Source: an uncultured Actinomycetes bacterium (GTDB taxonomy: Bacteria > Actinomycetota > Acidimicrobiia > IMCC26256 > PALSA-610). From it: a DNA stretch of 64,000 bases. Positions within the stretch are counted from its first letter, which is position 1. Each line of letters opens with the position of its first letter. The translations under genes and the position numbers were made by a program. The notes under the pieces are model-generated. The model ran no database searches. It saw only the letters and a program-made list of their open reading frames with translations, and had not been told where the DNA came from. Positions 30,640 to 41,011 of the stretch are shown here, in pieces. The stretch lies in contig CAVXFZ010000021.1 of assembly GCA_963761175.1 (NCBI GenBank), positions 198,622 to 262,621 of the forward strand, in the 5' to 3' direction.

Positions 30640-32664
30640 TCAGGCGCGCGCGAGCTCGGCGGCCGCGGCGCGCACCTTCTCGACGAGGTGCGAGGGCACC
30701 GGGTCGTAGTGCGAGTGCTCGACGATGTAGCGCCCGCGGCCGCCGGTCATCGAGCGCAGGTCGATCGAATAGCGCAGGATCTCCGATGTCGGCACCGTTG
30801 CGCTGATCTCGACCTCGCCGTGGCCGACCGACGCGCTGCCCTGGATCCGGCCGCGCTTGGAGTTGAGGTCGCCCATCACGTCGCCCTGGCTCGCCTCCGG
30901 CACCGTGACCGTCAGGAGGCTGACGGGCTCGAGCAGGATCGGCCCCGCTTTCGCCATCGCCTCCTGGAACCCGAGTGAGCCGGCCATCCTGAAGCTCATC
31001 TCGGAGCTGTCGACGGGGTGCGACTTGCCGTCGTAGACGGTCGCCTTCACGTCGACGACGGGGAAGCCGAAGTGGCCGCCGCGCTCCATCGTCTCGGCGA
31101 CGCCCTTCTCCACCGCAGGGATGAACTGGCGGGGGATCGCGCCGCCGACGACCTCGTCGGCGAACTGGAACCCGGCGCCGCGCTCCTGGGGCTCGAGGCG
31201 CAGCCAGGCCACACCGAACTGACCGTGGCCGCCGGTCTGCTTCTTGTACTTCCCCTCGGCCTCGGCGGTCTGGGTGATCGTCTCGCGGTACGGGACCTTC
31301 ACCTCTTCGGTGTCGACCTCCACCCCGAACTTGCGCGCCAGCTTCTCGAGCGCGATCGACACGTGCGTCTCGCCCATGCCCCACAGCAGTGTCTGGTGCG
31401 TCTCGGCGTTGCGCTCGAGCCGCAGCGCGGGATCTTCGTCCTGGAGGCGGTGCAGGGCATTTGCCAGCTTGTCCTCGTCACCCTTCGAATGCGCCTTGAT
31501 CGCGACGGCGAGCACGGGCTGGAGCGCTTCGATCGGTTCGACCTCCACCTCGGCACCCTTGGCCGCGAGTACGTCGCCGGTCGAGGTGTCGCTCAGCTTC
31601 GCGACCGTGGCGATGTCTCCGGCCTCGACCGAGTTGACCGTCTCCTGTTCCTTCCCGCGTATCACGAACAGCTGGTGCAGCCGCTCGTCGGCGCGCGTGC
31701 GCGTGTTGCTCAACACGTCGTCGGTCTTCAGCGAGCCCTGCACGACCTTGAACAGGTTCACGCGCCCGACGTAAGGGTCGACGATCGTCTTGAACACGAG
31801 CGCCGCCGCGGGGCCGTCGCTCGCCGCGGGCGCCGGTGCTTCGTCGACCAGGAAGCGCACGAGCCGGTCGAGGCCGACGAGCTTCGTCGCGCTCCCGCAC
31901 AGCACGGGGAAGACGCTCGCCTGCGCGATACCGCTCGCGAGCGCGGCCGCGAGCTCCGACGTCTCGATCTTCTCCTCGCCGAGGTAGCGCTCCATGAGAT
32001 CGTCGTCGCCGACGACGATTCCCTCGACGAGCGCGTCGTGCACGGAGTGTTCCTCGCCTTCCATTTCAGGCGGGATCGCACCGTCGCTTCCGGCCGCGGA
32101 GCCGTCGGTGTAGGTGACCGCGATGTCGGTGAGGAGCTCGACGACGCCGCGCAGCGCGGTCTCCTCACCGATCGGGAGCTGCAAGGGCGCGACACCGGCG
32201 CCGAAGCGCTCTTTCAACATGTCGAGCGTGCGCGCGAACGACGCGCGCTCGCGGTCGAGCTTGTTGACGAAGATCGCGCGCGGGAGGTTGCGTGCCTCGG
32301 CCATCTTCCATGCGACCTCGGTCTGCACCTCGACGCCTTCGACCGCGGAGACGACGAACAGCGCGAGGTCAGCGGCTTGCAGCGCGGCCGCGACGTCACC
32401 AACGAAGTCGGCGTAGCCCGGCGTGTCGATCACGTTGACCTTGACGCCGTCGTGCTCGAACGGTGCGAGCGCCAGTGACACCGAGATCCCGCGCCGCTGC
32501 TCCTCGGGATCGAAGTCGCACACGGTGTTGTGGTCCTCGACCCGGCCGAGGCGGGGGACCGTCCCGGTGGCGAAGAGCAGCGCCTCCGCCAGCGAGGTCT
32601 TCCCGGAACCCCCGTGACCGACGAGGGCGATGTTTCGAAGTTGCGAGGTCGGGAACGTTTTCAC
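30640..32664 (-). CDS. Elongation factor G-like GTPase (EF-G paralogue)
   Basis: GTG 32664 preceded by a GGGGGG RBS. NIALVGHGGSGKTSLAEALL (G1), DTPGYADF (G3), five EF-G-like domains. The longer ORF start at 32742 is less likely. Confidence 0.9.
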   Translation of the reverse strand: MKTFPTSQLRNIALVGHGGSGKTSLAEALLFATGTVPRLGRVEDHNTVCDFDPEEQRRGISVSLALAPFEHDGVKVNVIDTPGYADFVGDVAAALQAADLALFVVSAVEGVEVQTEVAWKMAEARNLPRAIFVNKLDRERASFARTLDMLKERFGAGVAPLQLPIGEETALRGVVELLTDIAVTYTDGSAAGSDGAIPPEMEGEEHSVHDALVEGIVVGDDDLMERYLGEEKIETSELAAALASGIAQASVFPVLCGSATKLVGLDRLVRFLVDEAPAPAASDGPAAALVFKTIVDPYVGRVNLFKVVQGSLKTDDVLSNTRTRADERLHQLFVIRGKEQETVNSVEAGDIATVAKLSDTSTGDVLAAKGAEVEVEPIEALQPVLAVAIKAHSKGDEDKLANALHRLQDEDPALRLERNAETHQTLLWGMGETHVSIALEKLARKFGVEVDTEEVKVPYRETITQTAEAEGKYKKQTGGHGQFGVAWLRLEPQERGAGFQFADEVVGGAIPRQFIPAVEKGVAETMERGGHFGFPVVDVKATVYDGKSHPVDSSEMSFRMAGSLGFQEAMAKAGPILLEPVSLLTVTVPEASQGDVMGDLNSKRGRIQGSASVGHGEVEISATVPTSEILRYSIDLRSMTGGRGRYIVEHSHYDPVPSHLVEKVRAAAAELARA

Positions 32665-32807
32665 AAGCCCCCCTGGATGCGGGTCGCGACCAGGTGATTG
32701 TACGGATCCGAACCCCGCTCGGCAGCCGCACTCCGCAATCAAAACTTCACTCTCCGCGTTGACGTGCCGATGCTCGCGACGGGCGGCCGGGCGAATGGGG
32801 GAACACC

Positions 32808-34482
32808 GTGCGAGCGCGCAATCCTTGGCAACGTCGTCTCCTGGCCGTCGCGCTGACGGCCTCGATGCTGGCTCTCGTGCCGGCCCTGGCCCACCAACGG
32901 GGGGTGACGGTCCACGCGGCGGTGAGCGACCCGGGGGTGGGGAGCCAGCAGCCGAGCATCGTGTGGGAACCGGCGGCCCAGATGAACGCCGACCTCGACG
33001 CGATGGTCGCGGCCGGCATGACGTGGGTGCGCGCGGATTTCTACTGGGGTTCGATCGAACCGACCCGTGACCACTTCGTGTTCAACGCGACGGACAACTT
33101 CGTGCGCGCCGCCGCAGTCGCGGGGACTGCATGTGCTCGCGATGCCCGACTACACGCCTTCGTGGGCCCGCTCGGGCGGGACCGACAAGTACCCGCCGAA
33201 GAACCCGTCGGACTATGCCGCGTTCGTGAAGGTGCTCGCGCAGCGTTACGCGCCGATGGGCGTGCACGCGTGGGAGATCTGGAACGAACCGAACAACAAG
33301 ATGTTCTGGGCGCCGCGGGCCGACGCGGTCGCGTACACCGCGTTGCTGAAGCAGGCGTACACCGCCATCAAGAGCGCCGACGCGTCGGCGACCGTCGTGA
33401 GCGGCGGTCTGTCCCCTGCGAGCGACAGCGGCGGCAACATCTCGCCGCTCACGTTCACCGCGTCGATGTACGCGCACGGCGCGCACGGCAGCTTCGACGC
33501 GCTGGGCCTGCATCCGTACTCGTACCCGTACGCGCCGATGTACGTGGGCAGTTGGAACACCTTCTACCGCACGCCCGACCTGCACGCGCTCATGGCGCAG
33601 AACGGCGACAGCGCGAAGACGGTGTGGGCCACGGAGATCGGCTTCCCGACCGGATCCGGCTCGGGCGCGGTGAGTCAGCAGGCGCAGGCCGGTGACATCG
33701 TCGCCGCGATCGAGCAGTGGAGGAGCTGGTGGTTCCACGGGCCGATCATCTTCTACACGCTGCGCGACAAGGGCTCGAGTCAGAACGATGTCGATCAGAA
33801 CATGGGCCTGGAGAACCGCACCGGCGGGCCCAAGCCGTCGTACGTCGCGGTGCGCCAATTGCTGCTCGCACCGCAGGACGTGCGGGCGACGTCGACGAGC
33901 GGCGGCGCGAGCGTGACCTGGACCCCACCGGCGTGGGATGCGGGCAAGCCGATCACGCAATACAAGGTGGTCGCGAAGAACGGTGCGACCGCGATGGTTC
34001 GCGGCGACGCCCGCGCCGCCGACGTCGCGATCGGCAGCGGAGTGTCGACGAACTTCGTCGTCGTCCCGGTGCACGGGAGTGTCGACGGCATCGCGTCGTT
34101 GCCGTCGAACACGGTGGTCGCCGGGGCTCCCGCGACGCCGAGTGTCGAGCCCGGCATCGGCGTCGTCACGAAGCCGGCGACGGGCACGGTCACGATGCAG
34201 ATCCCGGTGAGCCTCAGCGCGCCCAGCACGGCCACGGTCACGGTGGGCTACCAGACGGCGTCGTACCCGCCGTCGGTGAACGCGCGGCCGGGCATCGACT
34301 ACGTCCTCACGCGGGGCACGCTGCGATTCAGCCCGGGCCAGACGCGCGCGTCGATCCCCGTGACGGTGAACGCCCGCCGCCGGACCCGGCCCAACGACGT
34401 CTTCTTCGTGCTGTTCGACCCGCCGACGAACGCGAACCTCGGCGGGTTCTACGGCATCGGGGTCGGGGTGATCGGGGGCTGA
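32808..34482 (+). pseudogene. Secreted clan GH-A glycoside hydrolase (GH5-like) + FN3-like + Calx-beta domain, frame broken near 33105-33122
   Basis: Signal peptide MRARNPWQRRLLAVALTASMLALVPALA. The N-terminal part is in ORF 32808..33695 up to DNFVRAA, continuing in ORF 33067..34482 (QSRGLHVLAMPDY...). WEIWNEPN (acid/base) and WATEIGFP (nucleophile). Calx-beta-like GIDYVLTRGTLRFSPGQTRASIPV. Length 1675 nt (3n+1). Confidence 0.8.
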
Positions 34483-34662
34483 GCGGCCTGTCCCGACCGC
34501 CGCGGCCGGCTCCCGTCCCGCCTGCGGAACCGCGCCCTGTCGGCGGGCCGGTTCCCCGGGCGGGAGGGACCCGGGTGGTAACCTGCTCGCGAACGCGAGC
34601 GCGCGGTCTCCGCCGGCCCAGCTGTCGGTGTGCGGGTCAGTGCGAAGGGGAAGAACCGCCGG

Positions 34663-35415
34663 ATGCTCGATCGACGGTGGCGGGCGGGAGTCGAACAGGG
34701 ACTGCAACCGGTCGGTGACCGGCTACGCCGCCTCGGCGTCACCCCCGACGCCCTCACCGTGTTCGGCCTCCTCGCCTCGTTCGCGACGGCGGTGCTCATC
34801 GGCTCCGGGCACCTGCTCTGGGGTGTCGTCGGCATTGCCGTGAGCGGCCTCGGCGACCTTCTCGACGGCAGCCTCGCCCGCAAGACCGGCCAGGCGACGG
34901 CGCGCGGCGCGTTCTTCGACTCCGTGGCCGACCGCGTCTCCGACGTCGCGCTCCTCGGCGGCGTCGCCTGGTTCCTCGCGTCGGACCATCCGCACCTCGC
35001 GGTGCTCGCCATGGCCGTCGCCGGCTTGTCGATGGTGATCTCCTACGAGCGCGCGAAGGCCGAATCGCTCGGGCTACAGGCGCGCGGCGGCCTGATGGAG
35101 CGGGCCGAGCGCTTCGTGTTCCTCGGCATCGGCTGCGCGTTCGACATCCTCGTGCCGGTGTTGTGGATCATGCTCGTCCTCACGGCCTTCACCGCGGCGC
35201 AGCGTTTCGTGATCGTCTGGCGCCAGGCCGATCGTCCGGTTCGCCCGCCGCGTGCCGTCCGCGAACCGCGGCGTGCGCGCCGGCCCTTCGCCTCGCCCCG
35301 TCTCGACCCTTCGGATGCCGCGTCCCCGCGACTGCGTTCGTGGTGGGACACCCGCCGCCCGCGCGACGGCTCCCGTCTCGGTCACCGGGCGTCGCGCCGC
35401 CGCTCGCGTCCCTGA
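34663..35415 (+). CDS. pgsA: CDP-alcohol phosphatidyltransferase (phosphatidylinositol-phosphate synthase PgsA1-like)
   Basis: DLLDGSLARKTGQATARGAFFDSVADRVSD matches D-G-x2-A-R-x8-G-x3-D-x3-D. ATG 34663 (ORF opens at 34630). Arg-rich C-terminal tail retains fairly high GC3. Confidence 0.85.
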   Translation: MLDRRWRAGVEQGLQPVGDRLRRLGVTPDALTVFGLLASFATAVLIGSGHLLWGVVGIAVSGLGDLLDGSLARKTGQATARGAFFDSVADRVSDVALLGGVAWFLASDHPHLAVLAMAVAGLSMVISYERAKAESLGLQARGGLMERAERFVFLGIGCAFDILVPVLWIMLVLTAFTAAQRFVIVWRQADRPVRPPRAVREPRRARRPFASPRLDPSDAASPRLRSWWDTRRPRDGSRLGHRASRRRSRP

Positions 35416-35418
35416 GCC

Positions 35419-36321
35419 TTGACCGAACCGGCCGGCCGGGCGACCTACCTCGCCTACCGGGCCGCCGCGCTCACCGCGCAGGTCGTGCCCCCGGTGCTCG
35501 GCCGTCCGCTCGCGACGACGGTCGGCCGCGCGTCACAGTTCGCGCTCCGGGGGCGTCGCACGCTCTCGGCGCGACACCTGGCGCGCGCCAGTGGTGGAGA
35601 TCTCCGAGGGCCGGCGCTGCGGCACGCCGTCGGCGGGGCGTTCGGCTCGTACGCGCGGTACTGGTTCGAGATGTTCCGGCTGCCCCATGACGCGGGGCGC
35701 GACATCGAGGCGCACATCCACGTCGACGGCTACGAGCACGTCGAAGCCGGCCTCGTGAACGGGAACGGGGTGATCCTCGCGCTCCCGCATCTCGGCGGCT
35801 GGGAGTACGCGGGGGCGTGGGTCGCGCAGGTGAAGCACCGGCGCCTCGTGGTCGTCGTCGAGCCGGTCGAGCCGCCCGAGCTCTTCGAGTGGTTCGTGCG
35901 CGTGCGCGCGGCGATGGGCATGGAGGTCGTCGCGCTCGGCCCCGAGGCCGCAGGTGTCGTACTGCGCGCGCTCCGCGACAACGCGTTGTTGGCGCTCGTG
36001 AGCGACCGTGACCTGCGTGGGGACGGCGTGGAGGTGGAATTCTTCGGCGAGCGCACCACACTGCCGGCGGGCCCGGCCACACTCGCGCTCCGCGCCGGAG
36101 CCACGATCGTTCCGGTGGCCGTGTATTTCGAGCCCGGCGGCGGCCATCATGGCGTGGTGCGCGCCCCGCTCGACACGACCCGACGCGGCTCGCTGCGCGA
36201 GGACGTCGCCCGCATCACGCAGGACCTCGCGCGCGAGTTCGAGACGCTGATCTCCGCGGCGCCCGAGCAGTGGCATCTCATGCAGCCGAACTGGCCGAGC
36301 GATCAGCGGGTCGGCGCGTGA
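35419..36321 (+). CDS. LpxL/HtrB-family lipid acyltransferase (PIM acyltransferase PatA-like)
   Basis: 300 aa, YWFEMFRLP and LPHLGGWEYAGAW motifs. Conserved pgsA-acyltransferase-pimA order. Confidence 0.85.
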   Translation: MTEPAGRATYLAYRAAALTAQVVPPVLGRPLATTVGRASQFALRGRRTLSARHLARASGGDLRGPALRHAVGGAFGSYARYWFEMFRLPHDAGRDIEAHIHVDGYEHVEAGLVNGNGVILALPHLGGWEYAGAWVAQVKHRRLVVVVEPVEPPELFEWFVRVRAAMGMEVVALGPEAAGVVLRALRDNALLALVSDRDLRGDGVEVEFFGERTTLPAGPATLALRAGATIVPVAVYFEPGGGHHGVVRAPLDTTRRGSLREDVARITQDLAREFETLISAAPEQWHLMQPNWPSDQRVGA

Positions 36322-37400
36322 TGCGCGTGCTGATGGTGTGCCCGTACTCGCTCACGCGCCCGGGCGGCGTGCAGGCCCAGGCGCTGGGTCTCACGCGCGA
36401 GCTGCGCGGCCTCGGTGTCGACGTGCGGCTCATCGGGCCGTGCGACGGACCACCGCCGGGGCCGGGCATCATCTCCGTCGGTGAGAGTCGGCACTGGGAG
36501 AGCAACGGCTCGCTCGCGCCGATCGCGACCGGAAAGGTCGTCGCGCGCCGGACCCTCGATCTCGTCGAACGCATCGAGCCCGACGTCGTGCACCTGCACG
36601 AGCCGATCGTGCCCGGCGCGACGCTCGCCCTCCTCGTCGACCACGACGGTCCGACCATCGGGACGTTCCACATCGCCGGCGACGTCGGCCGCGACTGGGC
36701 GATGCCGGCGTTGCGCACCCGGCTCGAGCGGCTGAGCGCGCGGGTCGCGGTGTCGGAGGCGGCGCGCGCGACCGCGGTCGGCTCCTACGGACCGAGTGAG
36801 TTCCACGTGCTGTGGAACGGCGTGGAGGTCGAGCGGTTCGCGACCGCCGAACCGTGGCCGACGCGGCGGCCGGCGGTGCTCTTCGTCGGGCGCCACGAGC
36901 CGCGCAAGGGCCTGAGCGTGCTGCTCGACGCCTGGACGGGGATCGATCGTGACGCAGTGCTTTGGGTCGCGGGGGCGGGACCGCAGACCGACGAGCTCAC
37001 GAAGCGCGGTGTGCCCGGAGTCGAATGGCTGGGCTCGGTCACCGACGAGGAGCGCAACCGGCGACTGCGCGCCGCGACGGTGTTCTGCGCGCCTGCGGTA
37101 CGCAGCGAGTCGTTCGGAGTCGTGCTGCTCGAGGCGATGAGCGCAGGTGCCGCGATCGTCGCGTCGAAGATCGACGGCTACGCGAACGTCGCACGCGACG
37201 GCCGCGAAGCGCTGCTCGCACCGCCCGACGACCCCGCCGCGCTGCGCGCCGCGCTGCGTCTCGCCCTCGACGACCGCGTCTGGCGCTCCCGGCTCGTCGC
37301 CGCCGGACGGGAGCGGGCCGACGAGCTGTCGATGCGCCGGCTCGCCGGGGAATACGCCGACCTGTACGAAGAAGCCGTGAAGGGGAGCGGCGGCCTCTAG
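36321..37400 (+). CDS. pimA: GT4 glycosyltransferase, phosphatidylinositol alpha-mannosyltransferase PimA-like
   Basis: MRVLMVCPYSLTRPGGVQAQALGL..., ESFGVVLLEAMSAG (E-x7-E). ATG 36321 overlaps the upstream TGA. GTG 36318 is also possible. Confidence 0.85.
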   Translation: MRVLMVCPYSLTRPGGVQAQALGLTRELRGLGVDVRLIGPCDGPPPGPGIISVGESRHWESNGSLAPIATGKVVARRTLDLVERIEPDVVHLHEPIVPGATLALLVDHDGPTIGTFHIAGDVGRDWAMPALRTRLERLSARVAVSEAARATAVGSYGPSEFHVLWNGVEVERFATAEPWPTRRPAVLFVGRHEPRKGLSVLLDAWTGIDRDAVLWVAGAGPQTDELTKRGVPGVEWLGSVTDEERNRRLRAATVFCAPAVRSESFGVVLLEAMSAGAAIVASKIDGYANVARDGREALLAPPDDPAALRAALRLALDDRVWRSRLVAAGRERADELSMRRLAGEYADLYEEAVKGSGGL

Positions 37401-37431
37401 ACTTTCCAAGCCCCCGAGAAAGGGATCCATC

Positions 37432-37986
37432 GTGCTCGCAGGGATCATCATCGCCGTCATCGTCGTTCTGCTGCTGCTGTTCTTCGTCGCGCAGTACAAC
37501 GGCCTGGTCCGGTTGCGGAACCGCTGTGACAACTCCTGGTCGCAGATCGACGTGCAGCTCAAGCGCCGCCACGACCTCATCCCGAACCTGCTGGAGACGG
37601 TCAAGGGCTACGCGGCCCACGAGAAGTCGACGTTCGAAGAGGTCACGCAAGCCCGGAACGCCGCCGTGAGCGCGCAGGGCCCGCAGCAGTCGGCCCAGGC
37701 CGAGAACGTGCTGAGCGGGGCGCTGCGCCAGCTCTTCGCGCTGGCCGAGAACTACCCGGACCTGAAGGCGAACCAGAACTTCCTGGCGCTCCAAGAGGAG
37801 CTCACCTCGACCGAGGACCGCATCTCCTACGCCCGGCAGTTCTACAACGACAGCGTGCTGAAGTACGACAACAAGCTCGAGACGTTCCCGTCGAACACGA
37901 TCGCGGGCATGTTCAGCTTCAAGCCGCGCGAGTACTTCGAGGCGCAGGAGCCCGGCGACCGCGACGTGCCGAAGGTCCAGTTCTAG
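37432..37986 (+). CDS. lemA: LemA family membrane protein
   Basis: 184 aa, N-terminal TM then QYNGLVRLRNRCDNSWSQIDVQLKRRHDLIPNLLETVKGYAAHE, the LemA signature. Confidence 0.9.
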   Translation: MLAGIIIAVIVVLLLLFFVAQYNGLVRLRNRCDNSWSQIDVQLKRRHDLIPNLLETVKGYAAHEKSTFEEVTQARNAAVSAQGPQQSAQAENVLSGALRQLFALAENYPDLKANQNFLALQEELTSTEDRISYARQFYNDSVLKYDNKLETFPSNTIAGMFSFKPREYFEAQEPGDRDVPKVQF

Positions 37987-38031
37987 CGGTCCCGTCCCCC
38001 CGCTCCGCCGCTCTCCGTCTCGAGGTCGTCC

Positions 38032-38937
38032 GTGTACGAACAGATCGCCGCGAACAAGCGGCGCACGGTCCTGATGATCGTGCTGTTCGCGTTGCTCGTC
38101 TTCGCCGTCGTCGCCGTCATCAACTTCTTGACGAGCTTCGGTCTCATCGGCTTCGTCGTCGCGGCAGTCATCGCGATCGGCAGCTCGTTCGCGTCGTATT
38201 ACAACTCCGACAAGATCGCGCTCGCGATGAGCCGCGCCAAGCCCGCCGACGCGCACACCTACGCTCGGTACCACAACCTCGTCGAAGGACTCTGCATCGC
38301 CGCGGGGCTGCCCAAGCCGCGCCTGTACGTGATCGACGATCCGGCGCCGAACGCGTTCGCGACCGGGCGGAACCCGAACCACGCCGCGATCGCCGTCACG
38401 ACCGGGCTGCTCGAGAAGATGAACCGAGTCGAGCTCGAAGGCGTGCTGGCGCACGAGCTGAGCCACGTGAAGAACTACGACACGCTGGTGATGACGCTCG
38501 CGGTCACGATGGTCGGAATTGTCGTGTTGCTGTCCGACTTCTTCCTTCGTTTCATGTTCTGGGGTGGGCGTAGCAACCGGCGCGACAGCAACGACGCCGG
38601 ACCGCTCGGCGCGATCCTCGCGATCTTCGGCGTCCTGCTGCTCGCGCTCGCGCCGATCATCGCCCGGCTCATGCAGCTCGCGATCAGTCGCCGGCGCGAG
38701 TACCAGGCCGACGCATCGGGGGTGCTGCTCACGCGGTACCCGCCCGGCCTCATCTCCGCGCTGGAGAAGCTCAAGGGTGACCACACCGTGATCCACACCG
38801 CGTCGAAGGCGACCGCACACCTCTGGATCGAGAGCCCCCTGGACGAGGAGTCCGGCGGGGCGGAGTCGCGCATCAACCACCTCTTCGAGACCCACCCGCC
38901 GCTCGACGACCGCATCCGCGTGCTCAGGACGATGTGA
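38032..38937 (+). CDS. htpX: M48-family zinc metalloprotease HtpX homologue
   Basis: 301 aa, multi-TM, HELSHV zinc motif, ...REYQADASG. Confidence 0.9.
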   Translation: MYEQIAANKRRTVLMIVLFALLVFAVVAVINFLTSFGLIGFVVAAVIAIGSSFASYYNSDKIALAMSRAKPADAHTYARYHNLVEGLCIAAGLPKPRLYVIDDPAPNAFATGRNPNHAAIAVTTGLLEKMNRVELEGVLAHELSHVKNYDTLVMTLAVTMVGIVVLLSDFFLRFMFWGGRSNRRDSNDAGPLGAILAIFGVLLLALAPIIARLMQLAISRRREYQADASGVLLTRYPPGLISALEKLKGDHTVIHTASKATAHLWIESPLDEESGGAESRINHLFETHPPLDDRIRVLRTM

Positions 38938-40023
38938 TGCGCGCGCTGTGGGAGCGCGTGCGGGGTTGGAGCGCTCGAACCTGGATCATCGTCGGGGTCG
39001 TCGTCGCGATCGTGGTCGCCGCGACCGCTGTGTTCGCGCTGACGCGTGGCGGGAGCTCGAGCGCGGCGTCCACGTCGACGTCCGCCGCGAACTCGACGTC
39101 GCCCACCGCGCCGGGAGTGACGACGACCACCGCGAAGAAGCTCCCGGGCGTCGTCGCGCCGCTCACCGGGGTACGCGACCCGAGCGGCGGCGCCGCACAC
39201 CGGCCCGCGCTGACGATCAAGATCGAGAACACGCCGATGGCGCGGCCACAGATCGGGCTCGAACAGGCCGACGACGTCTACGAGGAGGTCGTCGAGAGCG
39301 GGATCACCCGCCTGCTCGCGATCTTCCAGTCGCACGTCCCCGACGTCGCCGGCCCGGTTCGCTCGGTGCGCAAGACCGACCAGAGCGTCGTGACGCCGAT
39401 CGGCGGCATCTTCGTGTACTCGGGCGGCGCGCCGTACGCGGTGTCGAGCATCAAGTCCGCGCCGGTCACGCTCGTCGACGAGACGCGTGCCGGCGGCGCG
39501 ATGTTCCGCGACCACTCGCGCACCGCACCGCACAATCTCTTCGGCCGGCCCGCGCAGCTGTTCGCGATCGGCGCGCAGCCCGTGCCGCCACCCCCGCTCT
39601 TCTCGTACCGCAGCGCCCACGCGGCCGTCGGTGGCCCCGGGGTCACGAGCGTGCACGTCGGCTTCAAGGCGGGCTTCGCGGTCGACTACGCGTGGAACCC
39701 GACCGCGGCAGGCATGGGAGCGCTCGATCTTCGGTCACACCGACGTCAGCGCGGCCGGCGTCCAGCAGGCGCCGAAGAACGTCGTCGTGATGTTCGTGAA
39801 CTACATCGGCGGGGCCGGAGTCGAGCGTTCGGAGGCGAACCTCGTCGGCCAGGGCGACGCGATCGTGTTCACCGGGGGGCGCCAGGTGATGGCGCGCTGG
39901 ATCCGCCCCGACCGCGCCCGACCGGCGCGCTTCGAGGATCTGCAGGGTCGCCACATCGGCCTCGCGCCGGGCCAGACGTGGGTCGAGCTCGCACCGATCG
40001 GCACCTCGGTCACCGCCTCCTGA
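38934..40023 (+). pseudogene. DUF3048-like secreted/anchored protein, frame broken near 39705-39720
   Basis: N-terminal TM, S/T-rich linker, PALTIKIENTPMARPQIGLEQADDVYEEVVESGITRLLAIF. Continues in ORF 39487..40023 (WERSIFGHTDVSAAGVQQAPKNVVVMFVNY...). Length 1090 nt (3n+1). Confidence 0.7.
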
Positions 40024-40101
40024 CCGGCCCGGAGGGCGGGATGGGCGGCCGGTAGCATGGGGTGTTCCCCGATCGAGGCCCCCCGAGAAGGACGTGATCT
40101 G

Positions 40102-40989
40102 ATGGGCGACGAGCGCACGACCGGTACCGTCCGGGTCAAGCGCGGCCTGGCCGAGATGCTGCGCGGTGGCGTGATCATGGATGTCGTCACGCCCGAGCAG
40201 GCGAAGATCGCCGAAGACGCCGGCGCCACCGCCGTGATGGCTCTCGAGCGGGTTCCGGCCGACATCCGCCGCGACGGCGGCGTCGCCCGGATGAGCGACC
40301 CCGCGATGATCGAAGGCATCAAGGCCGCCGTCACGGTCCCGGTGATGGCGAAGTGCCGGATCGGGCACTTCGCGGAGGCCCAGGTGCTCGAGGCGCTCGG
40401 TGTCGACTACGTCGACGAGTCCGAGGTCCTCACCCCGGCCGACGAGGCGTACCACGTCGACAAGTGGAGCTTCACCGCTCCATTCGTCTGCGGTGCGACG
40501 AACCTCGGCGAGGCGCTGCGCCGCATCTCCGAGGGTGCCGCGCTCATCCGGTCCAAGGGCGAGGCGGGCACCGGCAACATCGTCGAGGCGGTGCGGCACC
40601 TGCGCTCCATCCTCGGCGACATCCGGCGGCTCACCCAGGCGTCGCCCGAGGAGCGCTACGGCTGGGCGAAGGAGCTGCGCGCGCCGATCGACCTCGTCAT
40701 CGAGGTGGCCGAGCGCGGCGAGCTCCCCGTTCCCCTCTTCTGCGCCGGTGGCATCGCGACCCCCGCCGACGCCGCGCTCGTGATGCAACTCGGCGCGCAG
40801 GCGGTGTTCGTGGGCAGCGGCATCTTCAAGTCGTCGGATCCGGCCGTGCGTGCCAAGGCGATCGTCGAGGCGACCACTCACTACACCGACGCGTCGATCG
40901 TCGCGAAGGTGTCGCGGGGGCTCGGCGAGGCGATGCGCGGCGAGGAGATCGCCGGCCTCGACGTGAAGCTCGCCGAGCGCGGCTGGTGA
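40102..40989 (+). CDS. pdxS: Pyridoxal 5'-phosphate synthase lyase subunit PdxS
   Basis: ATG 40102 with [29 protein letters not shown], ...[32 protein letters not shown]. Confidence 0.95.
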   Translation: MGDERTTGTVRVKRGLAEMLRGGVIMDVVTPEQAKIAEDAGATAVMALERVPADIRRDGGVARMSDPAMIEGIKAAVTVPVMAKCRIGHFAEAQVLEALGVDYVDESEVLTPADEAYHVDKWSFTAPFVCGATNLGEALRRISEGAALIRSKGEAGTGNIVEAVRHLRSILGDIRRLTQASPEERYGWAKELRAPIDLVIEVAERGELPVPLFCAGGIATPADAALVMQLGAQAVFVGSGIFKSSDPAVRAKAIVEATTHYTDASIVAKVSRGLGEAMRGEEIAGLDVKLAERGW

Positions 40990-41011
40990 GTGCGACGCGT
41001 GGGAGCCGTTC

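Noticed and set aside
35220-35415. The Arg-rich C-terminal tail of PgsA as another frameshift artefact
   Set aside because: The alternative frames look worse (no protein-like continuation). GC3 in the annotated frame stays fairly high. The stop sits 3 nt before the next gene's start. It is retained as a genuine, if unusual, tail with moderate confidence.
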